A DNA stretch of 31,214 nucleotides from Planctomycetota bacterium (GCA_038213805.1 JBBQSO010000064.1:1-31214); one strand, 5' to 3'. Shown: positions 19,082 to 29,194, counted from the first letter of the stretch. Notes: generated from the sequence alone by a model not told the origin. Program-made: numbers and translations.

Positions 19082-20056
19082 CTAACCGTCCGTGCGCCGC
19101 GCCTCGCCCACCGCCGGCTCGGCCGCGCGCGGTGCGGGATTCTGCAACCAGCTCTGACCCCGTCCCGGCCGCCACGCGTCGTGGAAGGCCACCCACTGCG
19201 CCGGTGCTGCGGCGATGAAACGCAGCATGGTGCGCGCCAGGCGGCGGGTCAGCAGCTCTGCCTGCTGGTTCTTGGGCAGATCCGGGTCGGCATGGATCGG
19301 CTGACCGACGATCAGGGTGAAGCGCGTCGGGCCGCTGCGCGCCAGAAACAGCGGGATGATCGGCGAGTGCGTCTGGATGGCGAGGGCAGCAGGCCCGAGC
19401 GGCAACGCCATCGGCTCGCCGGCAAACGGCACCGCCAGGCCGTTCCCGGTATAGTCGCGGTCGCCGAGCAGGCCCAGGATCTTGCCTTCCTTGAGGGCGC
19501 GCAGCGAGCCGAGCGGGGCGCGGTCCAAGAGCAGGCTGCGCGTGCCGACCGCGTTGCGCTGGCGTTCAAAGAGCGCGTCGATGCGCGGATCGCCGCTGCC
19601 CAGCGCGACGACCTCGGCGCCGGTGATCAGCCCCAGGCGGTGGGTGACCGCGGCGAGCACCTCCCAGTGGCAATGCACCGTGACCAGGATCGCCGGGCCG
19701 TGCAGTGGGCGGTTTGCGAACACGCCCCACGGATCGACCACGGTCAGGCGCGGCGCGCGGAAGAAGTTCGCCGGCAGACTGCTGAGGCGGAACGACTCCG
19801 CGAGGTACCAGCCGAAATTGATGTAGCTGCGCCGCACCGCGCGGGCCAGGGCCTCGGGACAGCGCGCGGGCAGGAAGTGCGCGAGGTTGCGCCGCACCGT
19901 CACCCGCCCGCGCGCGTCGCAGGCCCACAGCAACGTGCCGACCGCGTAGGCTATGGTCCGCCCCAACCACAGCGGGCAGACGTGGGCGAGCCGCACCTTG
20001 GCCTGGTACAGCAGCAGGCGCAGGCGCGGGCGGTCGGCGAAGAGGTCGCGGCTCAT
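19082..20056 (-). CDS. Lysophospholipid / lipid A lauroyl-type acyltransferase (LpxL/PatA family)
   Basis: LVTVHCHWE, GLLGDRD, VPFAG...LPLGPAALA, I..APAQW. ATG at 20056 with upstream GGAG, downstream of recJ on the same strand. Confidence 0.8.
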   Translation of the reverse strand: MSRDLFADRPRLRLLLYQAKVRLAHVCPLWLGRTIAYAVGTLLWACDARGRVTVRRNLAHFLPARCPEALARAVRRSYINFGWYLAESFRLSSLPANFFRAPRLTVVDPWGVFANRPLHGPAILVTVHCHWEVLAAVTHRLGLITGAEVVALGSGDPRIDALFERQRNAVGTRSLLLDRAPLGSLRALKEGKILGLLGDRDYTGNGLAVPFAGEPMALPLGPAALAIQTHSPIIPLFLARSGPTRFTLIVGQPIHADPDLPKNQQAELLTRRLARTMLRFIAAAPAQWVAFHDAWRPGRGQSWLQNPAPRAAEPAVGEARRTDG

Positions 20057-20084
20057 GCGCGCATCCGCTCCAGGCCCAGCGCGT

Positions 20085-21821
20085 TCACAGCGATCTTCCA
20101 TCCACGAACACCAACCGCGGCTGCACCTCTCCCCGCCACATCCCCGCCTGCGGCCGCACCAGCAGGTCGAAGCGCGAGCCCGCGGCGCTGAAGGCCGGGA
20201 AGTGCTCCTTGGCGCGCCAGGCGAGGAACTCGCGCATGCCGCCGCCGGCGTCGCTGAGCGCGCCGCGCAGATGGCCGCCCTCCTTGCCGAACAAGCGCGG
20301 GCGCGACACGAACAGCGCGCTGCGGATGTGCAGGATCGGTTCGGGGTTGGCCACGCCGAACGGGCCCATGCCGCGCAGCTGCGCGAAGAACTCGGGGTCG
20401 AGCTCGGCGATCGCGGCCTCGCCGTCGTACTCGGTGCGCGGCGCCAGCGAGCCAGCGGGAACCTTGCGCGCGATGTGCTCTTCGAACGCGGCGCGGAAGG
20501 CGTCGACCTTCTCGGGTTGGATGGTCAGACCGGCGGCCATGGCGTGCCCGCCACCTTTGATGAGCAGCGGCCGGCAGGCGTCGATGGCATGGCCCAGGTG
20601 GATTTGCGGGATCGAGCGCAGGCTGCCCTTGCCGACCCCGTCCTGGATGGCGATCACCGCGGTCGGCTTGCCGAAGGCCTCGACCAGGCGGCTGGCGACG
20701 ATGCCGACCACGCCCGCGTGCCAGCCGTCGCCGGCGAAGACCAGGCTGGACAGCGCCTGGTACTGCGCGCCGGCGGCCTCGGCAAGCAGCTCGGTGGTCA
20801 GCAGCATGGTCAGCCGCTTGCGCTCCTCGTTCTCGGTGATGATCACCGCCAGCTCGGCCTTGGCCTCGGCCTCGCCGGGCGCGGTGAGCAGGCGGATGTT
20901 GGCCATCGCGCTGCCCAGGCGGCCAGAGGCATTGAGCAGGGGGCCGAGCTTCCAGCCGACGTCGGTGGCGCTGATCTCCTGGTCAAGGCGGGCGTGCTCG
21001 CGCAGCGCGACCAAGCCGGGATTGGTGGTGCGCATCAGCGCTTGCAGCCCGTGGTGGACCATGATGCGGTTCTCGCCGACCAGGGCCGCGCAATCGGCGA
21101 CGGTGCCGACCGCGACCAGGCTGAGGCTGTCGAGCAGGAAGGCGCGCAGGCGGTCGGTGACCTTGTCGCCTCCGCACAGCACCTTGGCGGTCGCCCAGGC
21201 CAGCTTCCACGCCACGCCCACGCCGGCGAGGTGCTTGTCCGGATAGGGGCACTCGGGGTGGTTGGGGTTGCACACCGCGGTGCAGTCGGGCAGCGATCCC
21301 TGCGGCAGGTGGTGGTCGGTGATGATCACCGCGCAGCCGGTCTCCTGCTCGATGCGGCGCGCGAAGCCGTGGTCGGCGATGCCGCAGTCGACGGTGATCA
21401 TCAGCTGCGCGCGGTGCTCCTGCACGGCCAGCAGGCTGGCCTCGCTCAGGCCATAGCCATCGATGCGGCGGTGTGGGATCCAGGCGATCGCCTCGTGGCT
21501 GCAGGCACGCACGAAATGCGCCAGCAGCGCGGTCGAGGTGCTGCCGTCGACGTCGTAATCGCCGTGGATGAGGATGCGCTCGCGGTTCTCAATGGCGCGC
21601 GCGAAGCGCGCGGCGGCCACGCCGATGCCGCGCATCAGCTCCGGGCGGTGCAGATCGGACAGCCGGCGGGCGAGGAAGCCGCCCGCCTCCTCTGCGCCCT
21701 GCACCCCACGCAGCGCCAGCAGCCGCGCCGCGAGGGGACTCAGGCGCAGCTCGTGCTCAAGCTCGGCGACCACGTCGGCGGGGGGCTGTCGGCACTGCCA
21801 GGGGCGCTGGGCGGTCAGCAT
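20085..21821 (-). CDS. recJ: Single-stranded DNA exonuclease RecJ
   Basis: HGDYDVDG, GYGL, ITVDCG, ITDHH, GTVAD, PLLNASGRL, GGGHAMAAG, GPFGVANPEP. Confidence 0.95.
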   Translation of the reverse strand: MLTAQRPWQCRQPPADVVAELEHELRLSPLAARLLALRGVQGAEEAGGFLARRLSDLHRPELMRGIGVAAARFARAIENRERILIHGDYDVDGSTSTALLAHFVRACSHEAIAWIPHRRIDGYGLSEASLLAVQEHRAQLMITVDCGIADHGFARRIEQETGCAVIITDHHLPQGSLPDCTAVCNPNHPECPYPDKHLAGVGVAWKLAWATAKVLCGGDKVTDRLRAFLLDSLSLVAVGTVADCAALVGENRIMVHHGLQALMRTTNPGLVALREHARLDQEISATDVGWKLGPLLNASGRLGSAMANIRLLTAPGEAEAKAELAVIITENEERKRLTMLLTTELLAEAAGAQYQALSSLVFAGDGWHAGVVGIVASRLVEAFGKPTAVIAIQDGVGKGSLRSIPQIHLGHAIDACRPLLIKGGGHAMAAGLTIQPEKVDAFRAAFEEHIARKVPAGSLAPRTEYDGEAAIAELDPEFFAQLRGMGPFGVANPEPILHIRSALFVSRPRLFGKEGGHLRGALSDAGGGMREFLAWRAKEHFPAFSAAGSRFDLLVRPQAGMWRGEVQPRLVFVDGRSL

Positions 21822-21929
21822 CGCGTCAGTTGCGCGGTGGCGCACCGGTAAAACGGGCCGCGGGGGGCGGCGCGGCGAATCTGGACTTCCCGGGATCGTG
21901 GCATGTGATGCCGTCTTTACCCGGGCCCT

Positions 21930-23174
21930 GTGACCAGTCCAACCCCATCACCAGCAGTGGCGGAGATCCCCGGCGGGCGCGACCCCGCGGCCGTGCAGGC
22001 CGCGACCGTGCGCTGGGACCGCCTGCGCGCCTGCGGCAGCGGCCCGTTCTACGCCCTGCCCGGCGCCCTGGCGCTGGTGGTGGCGGTGCAGCACTTCCAC
22101 GCCAGCGCCGTGGCCAAGGCGTGGCTGGCCTCGGCGATGGGCATCGGGTATCTGCTCGCGCCGTTCGCGGTGCTGATCGCGGCCCGCCTCGCCCTGCCGG
22201 TCGGCCGCGCCTTCGCCATCGGCCACTTCGCCGCCGCCGCCGCGCTGCTCGGCGCGGCGCTGGGCGCGGACGAGTGGGCCTACCTGCTCGGGCTCGGCGC
22301 CGCCCAGATGCTGGTCGCGCTCGGCGTGACCTTCATCACCGCGTGGTGGCAGCAGAACGCCGCCGCCGCGCAGCGCGGCCGCCTCTACAGCGGCAGCATC
22401 CGCCTTGAGGTCGCCGGCAACGTGATCGGCGCGCTGCTCATCGCCTGGTGGATCGGCGATGCAGCGGGCCGCTATCGCCCGGTGCTGGGCGTGGTCGCCG
22501 CAGGACTGGCCTGGGCGGGCTGGTGCGCCTGGCGCATCCCCAGCGTGGCGCTCGCGCAGCGCGCCGGCGGCGGCCGCAACCCGTTCGCCCCGCTCGCGTG
22601 GCTGTGGAAGGACCGCGCCTTCGGCTACATCAACCTGTCGTGGACGATCATGGGCTTCGCCAACTTCATGATCCTGCCGCTGCGCGCCGAATACCTCGCC
22701 AACCCTGCCTACGGGCTGGCCTACCGCGCCGACACCATCCTGCTGCTGCTGGTCGGCCTGCCCGCCCTGGTGCGCATCGTCGCGCTGCCGCTGTGGGGCC
22801 GGCTCTTCGACCGCAGCGACTTCGTGCTGATGCGCTGCGCCATCAACCTGCTGTTCGTCGCCGCGACGGTGGTGATCTTCACGCCCACGCCGGCGCTGCA
22901 GGCGCTCGGCGCGATCGGCTTCGGCCTGGCCTTCGCCGGTGGCGACATCGCCTGGAGCCTGTGGGTGACCAAGTACGCCCCCGCCGAACGCACCAGCGAC
23001 TACATGGCCGTGCACGTGTTCCTGACCGGCGTGCGCGCACTCGCCGGCCCCTACGCCGGCTTCGCCCTCTACGCCGCGGGGTGGAGCCCGCTCGCCGTTG
23101 CGTGGCTGTCCGGCGGCCTCACCGTGATGGCCACCTTGCTGCTGGCCCGCGAGAACCCCCGTCCCACCACGTAA
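21930..23174 (+). CDS. MFS transporter
   Basis: 414 aa with about 12 hydrophobic segments; QRGRLYSG, LWGRLFDR, APAERTSDYM. The GTG start is uncertain. Confidence 0.75.
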   Translation: MTSPTPSPAVAEIPGGRDPAAVQAATVRWDRLRACGSGPFYALPGALALVVAVQHFHASAVAKAWLASAMGIGYLLAPFAVLIAARLALPVGRAFAIGHFAAAAALLGAALGADEWAYLLGLGAAQMLVALGVTFITAWWQQNAAAAQRGRLYSGSIRLEVAGNVIGALLIAWWIGDAAGRYRPVLGVVAAGLAWAGWCAWRIPSVALAQRAGGGRNPFAPLAWLWKDRAFGYINLSWTIMGFANFMILPLRAEYLANPAYGLAYRADTILLLLVGLPALVRIVALPLWGRLFDRSDFVLMRCAINLLFVAATVVIFTPTPALQALGAIGFGLAFAGGDIAWSLWVTKYAPAERTSDYMAVHVFLTGVRALAGPYAGFALYAAGWSPLAVAWLSGGLTVMATLLLARENPRPTT

Positions 23175-23292
23175 GCCCGGGCCCAGACTCGCGTCCCAAT
23201 TCCTTCCCGCTTTCCGCTGTCCATCTGGGTTTCCGTATCGCTCGCGCCCCTGCTCCCTCCGGCCGTCCCTTCTCCCCTGCCAAGAGTCCCCC

Positions 23293-26124
23293 ATGCCCAG
23301 TCCCTGCCGTCCGCTGCTCCTGCTGCTGCTCGCCCTGGTTCCGGGCACCGGCGTCCTGGCGGCGGCCGACTTCCCGCAGGAGCACAGCGACCTCAAGCCC
23401 GACCCGGCCGTGCTCTACGGCCGCCTCGACAACGGCCTGCGCTACGCGGTGATGAACAACCAGCAGCCCAAGGACAAGATCTCGGTACGCCTGCTGGTCG
23501 AGAGCGGCAGCACCCTGGAAAGCGAGCCACAGCGCGGTCTGGCGCACTTTCTCGAGCACCTCGCCTTCGAGGGCACCACCCACTACCCGCCCGGCACCCT
23601 GGTCACCCAGCTGCAGGAGCTCGGCCTGTCCTTCGGCGCGGACACCAACGCCCACACCTCGTTCGATGAGACCGTCTACAAGCTCGACCTGCCCGACGCC
23701 AAGCCCGCGACCATCGCCACCGCGCTGACGGTGCTGGCCGACTACGCCGGTGGCATGCTCCTGCAGCAGGCCCAGGTCGACAGCGAGCGCGGCGTGATCC
23801 TGGCCGAGATGCGCGACCGCAATTCGCCGTCCTTCCGCCTCTACCAGGAGGTGTACGGCGCGATGTACCGCGGCCAGCTCACCGCCCAGCGCTTCCCGAT
23901 CGGCCTCAAGGAGACCATCGAGAAGGCCGATGCCACGCTGCTGAAGGCCTACTTCGACGATTGGTACCGGCCGGAGCGCATGGCCATCACCGTGGTCGGC
24001 GCCTGCGAGCCCCAGGCGGTGGTGGCGCAGATCCGCAACGCCGCCGGCGCACTCGCCGCGCGCACGCCCGCCCGGGCCGAGCCCGCCCTCGGCGAACTCG
24101 CCATCCAGGAACTTGGCGTGTGCTACCGCCGCGAGCCCGAGGCCGAGGGCATCCAGGTCGCGATCATGCGCATCACCCCGCGCGCGCGGCCCCACGACTC
24201 GACCACGCAGCGCCGCGAAGAACTGCTGCGCAGCCTCGCCGAAAGCGTGCTGGCGCACCGCTTCCAGGCACTCATCGCCAAGGATGCCAAGGGCCCGCTG
24301 TTGGACGCCGGCCTGGAGAACTACCAATGGCTCGGGAATTTCCATGCCGGCGTCGTTGGTGCGGCGCGACCGGGCCAGGCGCTGGTCGCGCTGGCGACGC
24401 TCGAGCAGGAGGTCCGCCGTTTCCTTGAACACGGCCCGACCGCTGCCGAACTCGGGGTGGCGGTCGCCGCCACCCGCGCCGCCGCCGCGGAAGCCGTGTC
24501 CAAGGCGGGCAGTCGCACCAACGCCGCGCTTGGCGAGGCGCTCTACGCCGGCCTCCACCACGACCGCGTCTTCCTCGCGCCAGAGGATGAACGCGCACTG
24601 ACCGTCGCCGCGCTGACCGGCGTCACCCCGCTCGACGTGCAGAGCGCCCTGCGCGGCGCCTGGGCGGGCGGCTCGCTGGTGCTGTGGATCACCGGCCCTG
24701 ACGATCTCGGCGCGGACGCCGAGGAGCGCATCCGCGCCGCCTGGCGCGCCTCGCTCGCCACGCCGGTGGCCGCGCCAGCCAGCCAGCAGGTCGCGACCTG
24801 GGGCTATGGCGCACGCCCGGCACCGGCAACCGATCTGGTCGCGGGCACCATCTCCGCCGACCTCGGCATCGCCTACTTCGGCCACGCCGGAACGTGGACG
24901 CTGACCAAGGCCACCGCCTTCAAGCCCAACGAGATCCTCGTCCAGCTGCGCCTGCAGTACCCGGCCGCGCCGCGCCAGGCCGGCGTCGCCGAGTTTGCCG
25001 AGCGCGCCTTCCTGGCCGGGGGCCTGGGCAAGCACTCGGCGCAGGAGCTCTCGGACATCCTCGCCGGCAGCACCGTGCGCATCGCCCCACCGCGCATCGA
25101 AGACGACGGCGTGGTGTTCACCGCCAGCTGCCTGCCCGGCGAATTCGAGCTGTGCCTGCAGGAGCTGAACGCCTACCTCACCGATCCCGGCTGGCGCAGC
25201 GACGGCGAGGCCACCGCCAAGTCCGCCTGGCTGGAGGAGCTCAAGGCGATCGGCACCAATCTCGACGCCCAGGTCGGGCGCACCTTCCAGTCGCTGACCG
25301 TGGGCGGCGCCCCCGGCCGACGCCAGGCCACCCTCGAGGAGGCGCAAGCGGTCGGCTTCACCCAGGTGCGCGCCTGGCTTGAGCCGATCCTGCGCAGCGC
25401 GCCGCTGACCCTGAGCGTGGTCGGCGACCTGGACGCGGATGGTCGCGTCCAGGCCCTGCTGCACACCGGCGCCTATTTCAACGGGCTGCGCAGCGTCGAG
25501 GTGGTCATGACCACCCCGGGCGAGGCCAAGCGCATGGCCGCTGGCGTGCCCATGCCCACCGGCGTGACCCGCATCACGGTGCCGGGCACGGTGCCGCGCG
25601 CTCTGATCCTGGTCGCCTGGCCGACCGCCGACTTCTATGACATCGCGCGCACCCGCCGCCTCGGCCTGCTCGCCCAGGTCTTCACCGAGCGCATGCGCGT
25701 GCGCATCCGCCAGGAATTGGGCGACGCCTACAGCCCCTTTGCCCACCGCATGGCCAGCGAGGTCTACCGCGGCGAGGGCTACCTGATGGCCGAGGTCGGG
25801 GTCGCTCCGGAGAAGGTCGAGGAGGCGCGCGCCACCGTGCTCGCGATCGCCCAGGAGCTGGTCGACAAGGGCGTCGGCACCGACCTGCTCGCCCAGGTCA
25901 AGCCGCCGGTGGTCAAGAGCCTGGCCGCGCAGCGCCAGCAGAACCAGTACTGGCTCGGCTCGGTGCTCAGCCGCGCCATGACCCAGCCCTTCCGCATCGA
26001 CTGGGCGACCACCATGGAGGCCGACTACGCGTCAATCACCGCGCTCGACCTCAGCCAGCTGGCCAAGCAGTACCTGATTGCCGGCAAGGCTTTGCAGGTG
26101 GTTGGGGTGTGTACGGGGAAGTAG
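23293..26124 (+). CDS. M16 family (PqqL-like) zinc peptidase with signal peptide
   Basis: Hydrophobic N-terminus; GRLDNGLRY, GLAHFLEH (HxxEH), NAHTSFDETVY, ERGVILAE, RFPIG, WYRPERM, IRQELGDAYSP. Confidence 0.92.
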   Translation: MPSPCRPLLLLLLALVPGTGVLAAADFPQEHSDLKPDPAVLYGRLDNGLRYAVMNNQQPKDKISVRLLVESGSTLESEPQRGLAHFLEHLAFEGTTHYPPGTLVTQLQELGLSFGADTNAHTSFDETVYKLDLPDAKPATIATALTVLADYAGGMLLQQAQVDSERGVILAEMRDRNSPSFRLYQEVYGAMYRGQLTAQRFPIGLKETIEKADATLLKAYFDDWYRPERMAITVVGACEPQAVVAQIRNAAGALAARTPARAEPALGELAIQELGVCYRREPEAEGIQVAIMRITPRARPHDSTTQRREELLRSLAESVLAHRFQALIAKDAKGPLLDAGLENYQWLGNFHAGVVGAARPGQALVALATLEQEVRRFLEHGPTAAELGVAVAATRAAAAEAVSKAGSRTNAALGEALYAGLHHDRVFLAPEDERALTVAALTGVTPLDVQSALRGAWAGGSLVLWITGPDDLGADAEERIRAAWRASLATPVAAPASQQVATWGYGARPAPATDLVAGTISADLGIAYFGHAGTWTLTKATAFKPNEILVQLRLQYPAAPRQAGVAEFAERAFLAGGLGKHSAQELSDILAGSTVRIAPPRIEDDGVVFTASCLPGEFELCLQELNAYLTDPGWRSDGEATAKSAWLEELKAIGTNLDAQVGRTFQSLTVGGAPGRRQATLEEAQAVGFTQVRAWLEPILRSAPLTLSVVGDLDADGRVQALLHTGAYFNGLRSVEVVMTTPGEAKRMAAGVPMPTGVTRITVPGTVPRALILVAWPTADFYDIARTRRLGLLAQVFTERMRVRIRQELGDAYSPFAHRMASEVYRGEGYLMAEVGVAPEKVEEARATVLAIAQELVDKGVGTDLLAQVKPPVVKSLAAQRQQNQYWLGSVLSRAMTQPFRIDWATTMEADYASITALDLSQLAKQYLIAGKALQVVGVCTGK

Positions 26125-26150
26125 GCGCGGGAAGCAGGACCTTGGAGCCA

Positions 26151-26244
26151 AAGACCCTAGACCCTAGGGAGATGTGCTGGCGTACATTCCGTCTTCGCGC
26201 ACCTATCTAGGGTCTAGGGTCTAGGGTCTAGGGTCTAGGGTCTT
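26151..26244. repeat. Intergenic heptamer array (TCTAGGG)5 with an inverted copy
   Basis: TCTAGGG x5 at 26206-26240. AAGACCCTAGACCCTAG (26151-26167) is the exact reverse complement of 26228-26244. Confidence 0.95.
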
Positions 26245-26264
26245 AGGCCCTCCCCGCCCCTCCC

Positions 26265-26292
26265 TTGCGGCTTCCAGGGCCCGGCTTACGTT
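26265..26292 (+). promoter_or_regulatory. Possible sigma70-like promoter for alaS
   Basis: TTGCGG-N16-TACGTT ending about 40 nt upstream of the alaS ATG; consensus resemblance only. Confidence 0.3.
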
Positions 26293-26332
26293 CCAAAGCC
26301 CGTTCCGCAGAGGCGGATTTCCTGGAGTTCCG

Positions 26333-29194
26333 ATGGCGCAGCCGTTCACCGTGGCCGAGATTCGTGAGGCCTACTTATCCTTCTTCGCCGAGAAGGGTTG
26401 CGTGCGCTATGCCAGCGCCTCGCTGGTGCCGGAGAACGATCCGACCACGCTCTTCACCGTGGCCGGCATGTCGCAGTTCAAGGACATGTTCCTGGGCCGC
26501 GGCACGCACCCCTTCACGCGCGCGACCACGGTGCAGAAGTGCATCCGCACCAACGACATCATGAACGTCGGCCGCACGGCGCGGCACCACACCTTTTTCG
26601 AGATGCTGGGCAACTTCTCCTTCAACGACTACTTCAAGAAGGAGGCCATCCACTGGGCCTGGGAATTCCTGACCAAACGTCTGGCCCTCGATCCCGCACG
26701 CCTCTCGATCTCGGTGCACCAGCTCGACGACGAGGCCTACCGCATCTGGCGTGACGAGGTCGGCATCCCCGCTGACCGTATCTTCAAGCTCGGCGACGCC
26801 GACAACTTCTGGCCGGCGAACGCGCCCAAGGAGGGCCCCGAGGGTCCGGGCGGCTGCTGCTCCGAGATCTTCTGGGACCACCGCATCAACGACGACCCCA
26901 GCGACAACCTGACCTCGTCGAGCGGGCGCTTTGTCGAGATCTGGAACCTGGTGTTCCCGGAATTCAATGTGCGCAAGCCGCACGCCGACGGCGCGCCCAA
27001 CCTCGAGAATCTTGGCCGCCGCAACATCGACACCGGCTCCGGACTGGAGCGCGTCGCCGCGGTTCTGCAGGGGGTCTACAACAACTTCGACATCGACGTC
27101 TTCCAGACCATCATCCGCGCGGTCACCGCGCTGACCGGCACCACGTACGACCGCAGCGCCGTGCTTGGCGCCAAGACCAAGGCGGCCGAGGACAACGCGC
27201 TGATCCGTCGCATCGCCGACCACGTGCGCGCGGTGACCTTCTGCATCGCCGACGGCGCCCTGCCCGGCAACAGCGACCGCGGCTACATTGTGCGCCGCCT
27301 GATCCGCCGCGCGACCCTCGACCTCGACAAGCTCGGTGTCGACGAGGTGGTGCTCTACCAGGTGGTGCCCGCGGTGGTCGAGGCGATGGGCGTGGCCTAT
27401 CCCGAGGTCGCGCGCCGCCAGGAACTGGCGCGCGAGACCCTCAAGGCCGAGGAACAGCTCTTCCGCCGCACCCTCCGCAAGGGTCTCGAGCTGTTCAACC
27501 GTTCGCTCGAAAAGCAGCGCGCTTCCGGAAGCACGGTCTTCAGCGGCGACGACGCCTTCGACCTGGTGACCACGCACGGCTTCCCCAAAGAAGTCATCGC
27601 CGAACTCGCCGGCAACGAGGGCCTGGGCATCGACGACGCGCGCTTCCAGGTGCGCTGGGACGAGCACACCCGGGTCAGCAACACCAAGCAGATCGAGGTC
27701 TTCACCACCACTGCCCTGCAGGAGGCCAAACCGCGCCTGGGCGCCACGCCCTTCATCGGCTACGGCCAACTCGTGCTCGCCGCGACCCTGACCCTGCTTG
27801 AAGCGGGCGGCAAGGCGGTTGCCAGTGCGCCTGCCGGCACCGCAGTGCGCTTCGCGCTCGACCGCACGCCATTCTACGCCGAGTCTGGTGGTCAGGTCGC
27901 CGACCACGGCACCGTGGATGGCGCCGGCTTCTCGATCCGCGTCACCGACGTGCAGAAGGACGAGGGCCTGATCATCCACAGCGGCACCGTCGCCAGTGGC
28001 ACGGCCGCGACCGGAGCGGTGCACGCCGCGGTCGATGCTGCGCGTCGCACCGCGACCGTGCGACATCACAGCGCCACCCACCTGCTGCACAGCGCGCTGA
28101 ACAAAGTGCTCGGCGACCACGTCGAGCAGCAGGGCTCGAAGGTCGAGCCCGAGGGCCTGCGCTTCGACTTCAACCACCCCGGCGGCATGAGCGGCGACCA
28201 GGTCGCCGCGGTCGAGGCGTGGGTCGCCAAGGCGATCGCCGAAGCCCACTCCGCCGACATCCGCGAACTGCCCATCGCCGCGGCCAAGGCGGCCGGCGCC
28301 AAGGCGCAGTTCGGCGAGAAGTACGGCGCCACCGTGCGCGTGGTCAGCTTCGGCCTGGACCATGAACCGGTGTCGCGCGAGCTGTGCGGTGGCGTCCACG
28401 TGCCAAATACCGCCGAGATCGGCGCCTTCCGCATCGTCAAGGAGGAGGCCTCCTCCGCCGGCATCCGCCGCATCACCGCGGTCGCCGGCGACGCGGCGCG
28501 CGCCCTCGCCGCCGAAGAGCAGGAGGTCGCCGACGCCTGCGGGCGCCTGGTCGGCCTGCCGCACGTCGCCGACCCGCGCGGCATCGAAGATCTGGCGCGC
28601 ACCTTCAAGTCCGGATTGAAAGAGGTGCCCGCGCGCCTCGAGGCGCTGACCCGCGAGGTTGGCGAGCTCTCCAGCCGGCTGAAGTCGCCGCTCAGCACCC
28701 TGACCGGCTCGCTGACTGCGCGCGTCGAGGTCATGCAGAACGAGCTCAAGCGCCTGCGCAAGCTCGCCGAGAGCCGCCAGGCCGCGTCCGCCGCCGGGCA
28801 GGTCGACACGCTGCTCGCCACCGAGACCGCGGTCGCCGGCATCCCGGTGCTCGCCGCCCAGATCGACGGGCTCGACGGCAAGGCGCTGCGTGGCCTGCTC
28901 GACCTGATCAAGGGCCGGCGGCCCAGCCTGGTGCTGGTGCTCGGCTCCGCGCACGAGGGCAAGGTCGCCCTGGTCGCGTCGGTCAGCGCCGATCTCACCG
29001 CCAAGGGCTACTCCGCGGGCGCGTTGATCGGCCGGCTGGCGCCACTGGTCGGCGGGCGCGGCGGCGGCAAGGCCGACCTCGCCCAGGCCGGCGGCACCGA
29101 CGCCGCGGCGCTGCCCGGCGCCATCGCCGCGGTCGCGGGCCTGGTGCGCGATGGTGCGCAGGCCGGCGCCAGCGGCTCCAGCGGAAAGGCCTGA
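26333..29194 (+). CDS. alaS: Alanine--tRNA ligase
   Basis: DPTTLFTVAGM, QKCIR, RHHTFFEMLGNFSF, EIWNLVF, IDTGSGLER, TPFYAESGGQ, HSATHLLH, ELCGG.H, GIRRI, GGRGGGK..AQAGG. RBS GGAG. Confidence 0.98.
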   Translation: MAQPFTVAEIREAYLSFFAEKGCVRYASASLVPENDPTTLFTVAGMSQFKDMFLGRGTHPFTRATTVQKCIRTNDIMNVGRTARHHTFFEMLGNFSFNDYFKKEAIHWAWEFLTKRLALDPARLSISVHQLDDEAYRIWRDEVGIPADRIFKLGDADNFWPANAPKEGPEGPGGCCSEIFWDHRINDDPSDNLTSSSGRFVEIWNLVFPEFNVRKPHADGAPNLENLGRRNIDTGSGLERVAAVLQGVYNNFDIDVFQTIIRAVTALTGTTYDRSAVLGAKTKAAEDNALIRRIADHVRAVTFCIADGALPGNSDRGYIVRRLIRRATLDLDKLGVDEVVLYQVVPAVVEAMGVAYPEVARRQELARETLKAEEQLFRRTLRKGLELFNRSLEKQRASGSTVFSGDDAFDLVTTHGFPKEVIAELAGNEGLGIDDARFQVRWDEHTRVSNTKQIEVFTTTALQEAKPRLGATPFIGYGQLVLAATLTLLEAGGKAVASAPAGTAVRFALDRTPFYAESGGQVADHGTVDGAGFSIRVTDVQKDEGLIIHSGTVASGTAATGAVHAAVDAARRTATVRHHSATHLLHSALNKVLGDHVEQQGSKVEPEGLRFDFNHPGGMSGDQVAAVEAWVAKAIAEAHSADIRELPIAAAKAAGAKAQFGEKYGATVRVVSFGLDHEPVSRELCGGVHVPNTAEIGAFRIVKEEASSAGIRRITAVAGDAARALAAEEQEVADACGRLVGLPHVADPRGIEDLARTFKSGLKEVPARLEALTREVGELSSRLKSPLSTLTGSLTARVEVMQNELKRLRKLAESRQAASAAGQVDTLLATETAVAGIPVLAAQIDGLDGKALRGLLDLIKGRRPSLVLVLGSAHEGKVALVASVSADLTAKGYSAGALIGRLAPLVGGRGGGKADLAQAGGTDAAALPGAIAAVAGLVRDGAQAGASGSSGKA

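Noticed and set aside
23175..23292. Pyrimidine-rich leader of the M16 peptidase as an ncRNA or riboswitch
   Set aside because: No recognisable conserved structure or motif.
26151..26247. CRISPR array or true telomere
   Set aside because: The units are 7 bp with no spacers, no cas genes are present, and the array is internal between two genes.
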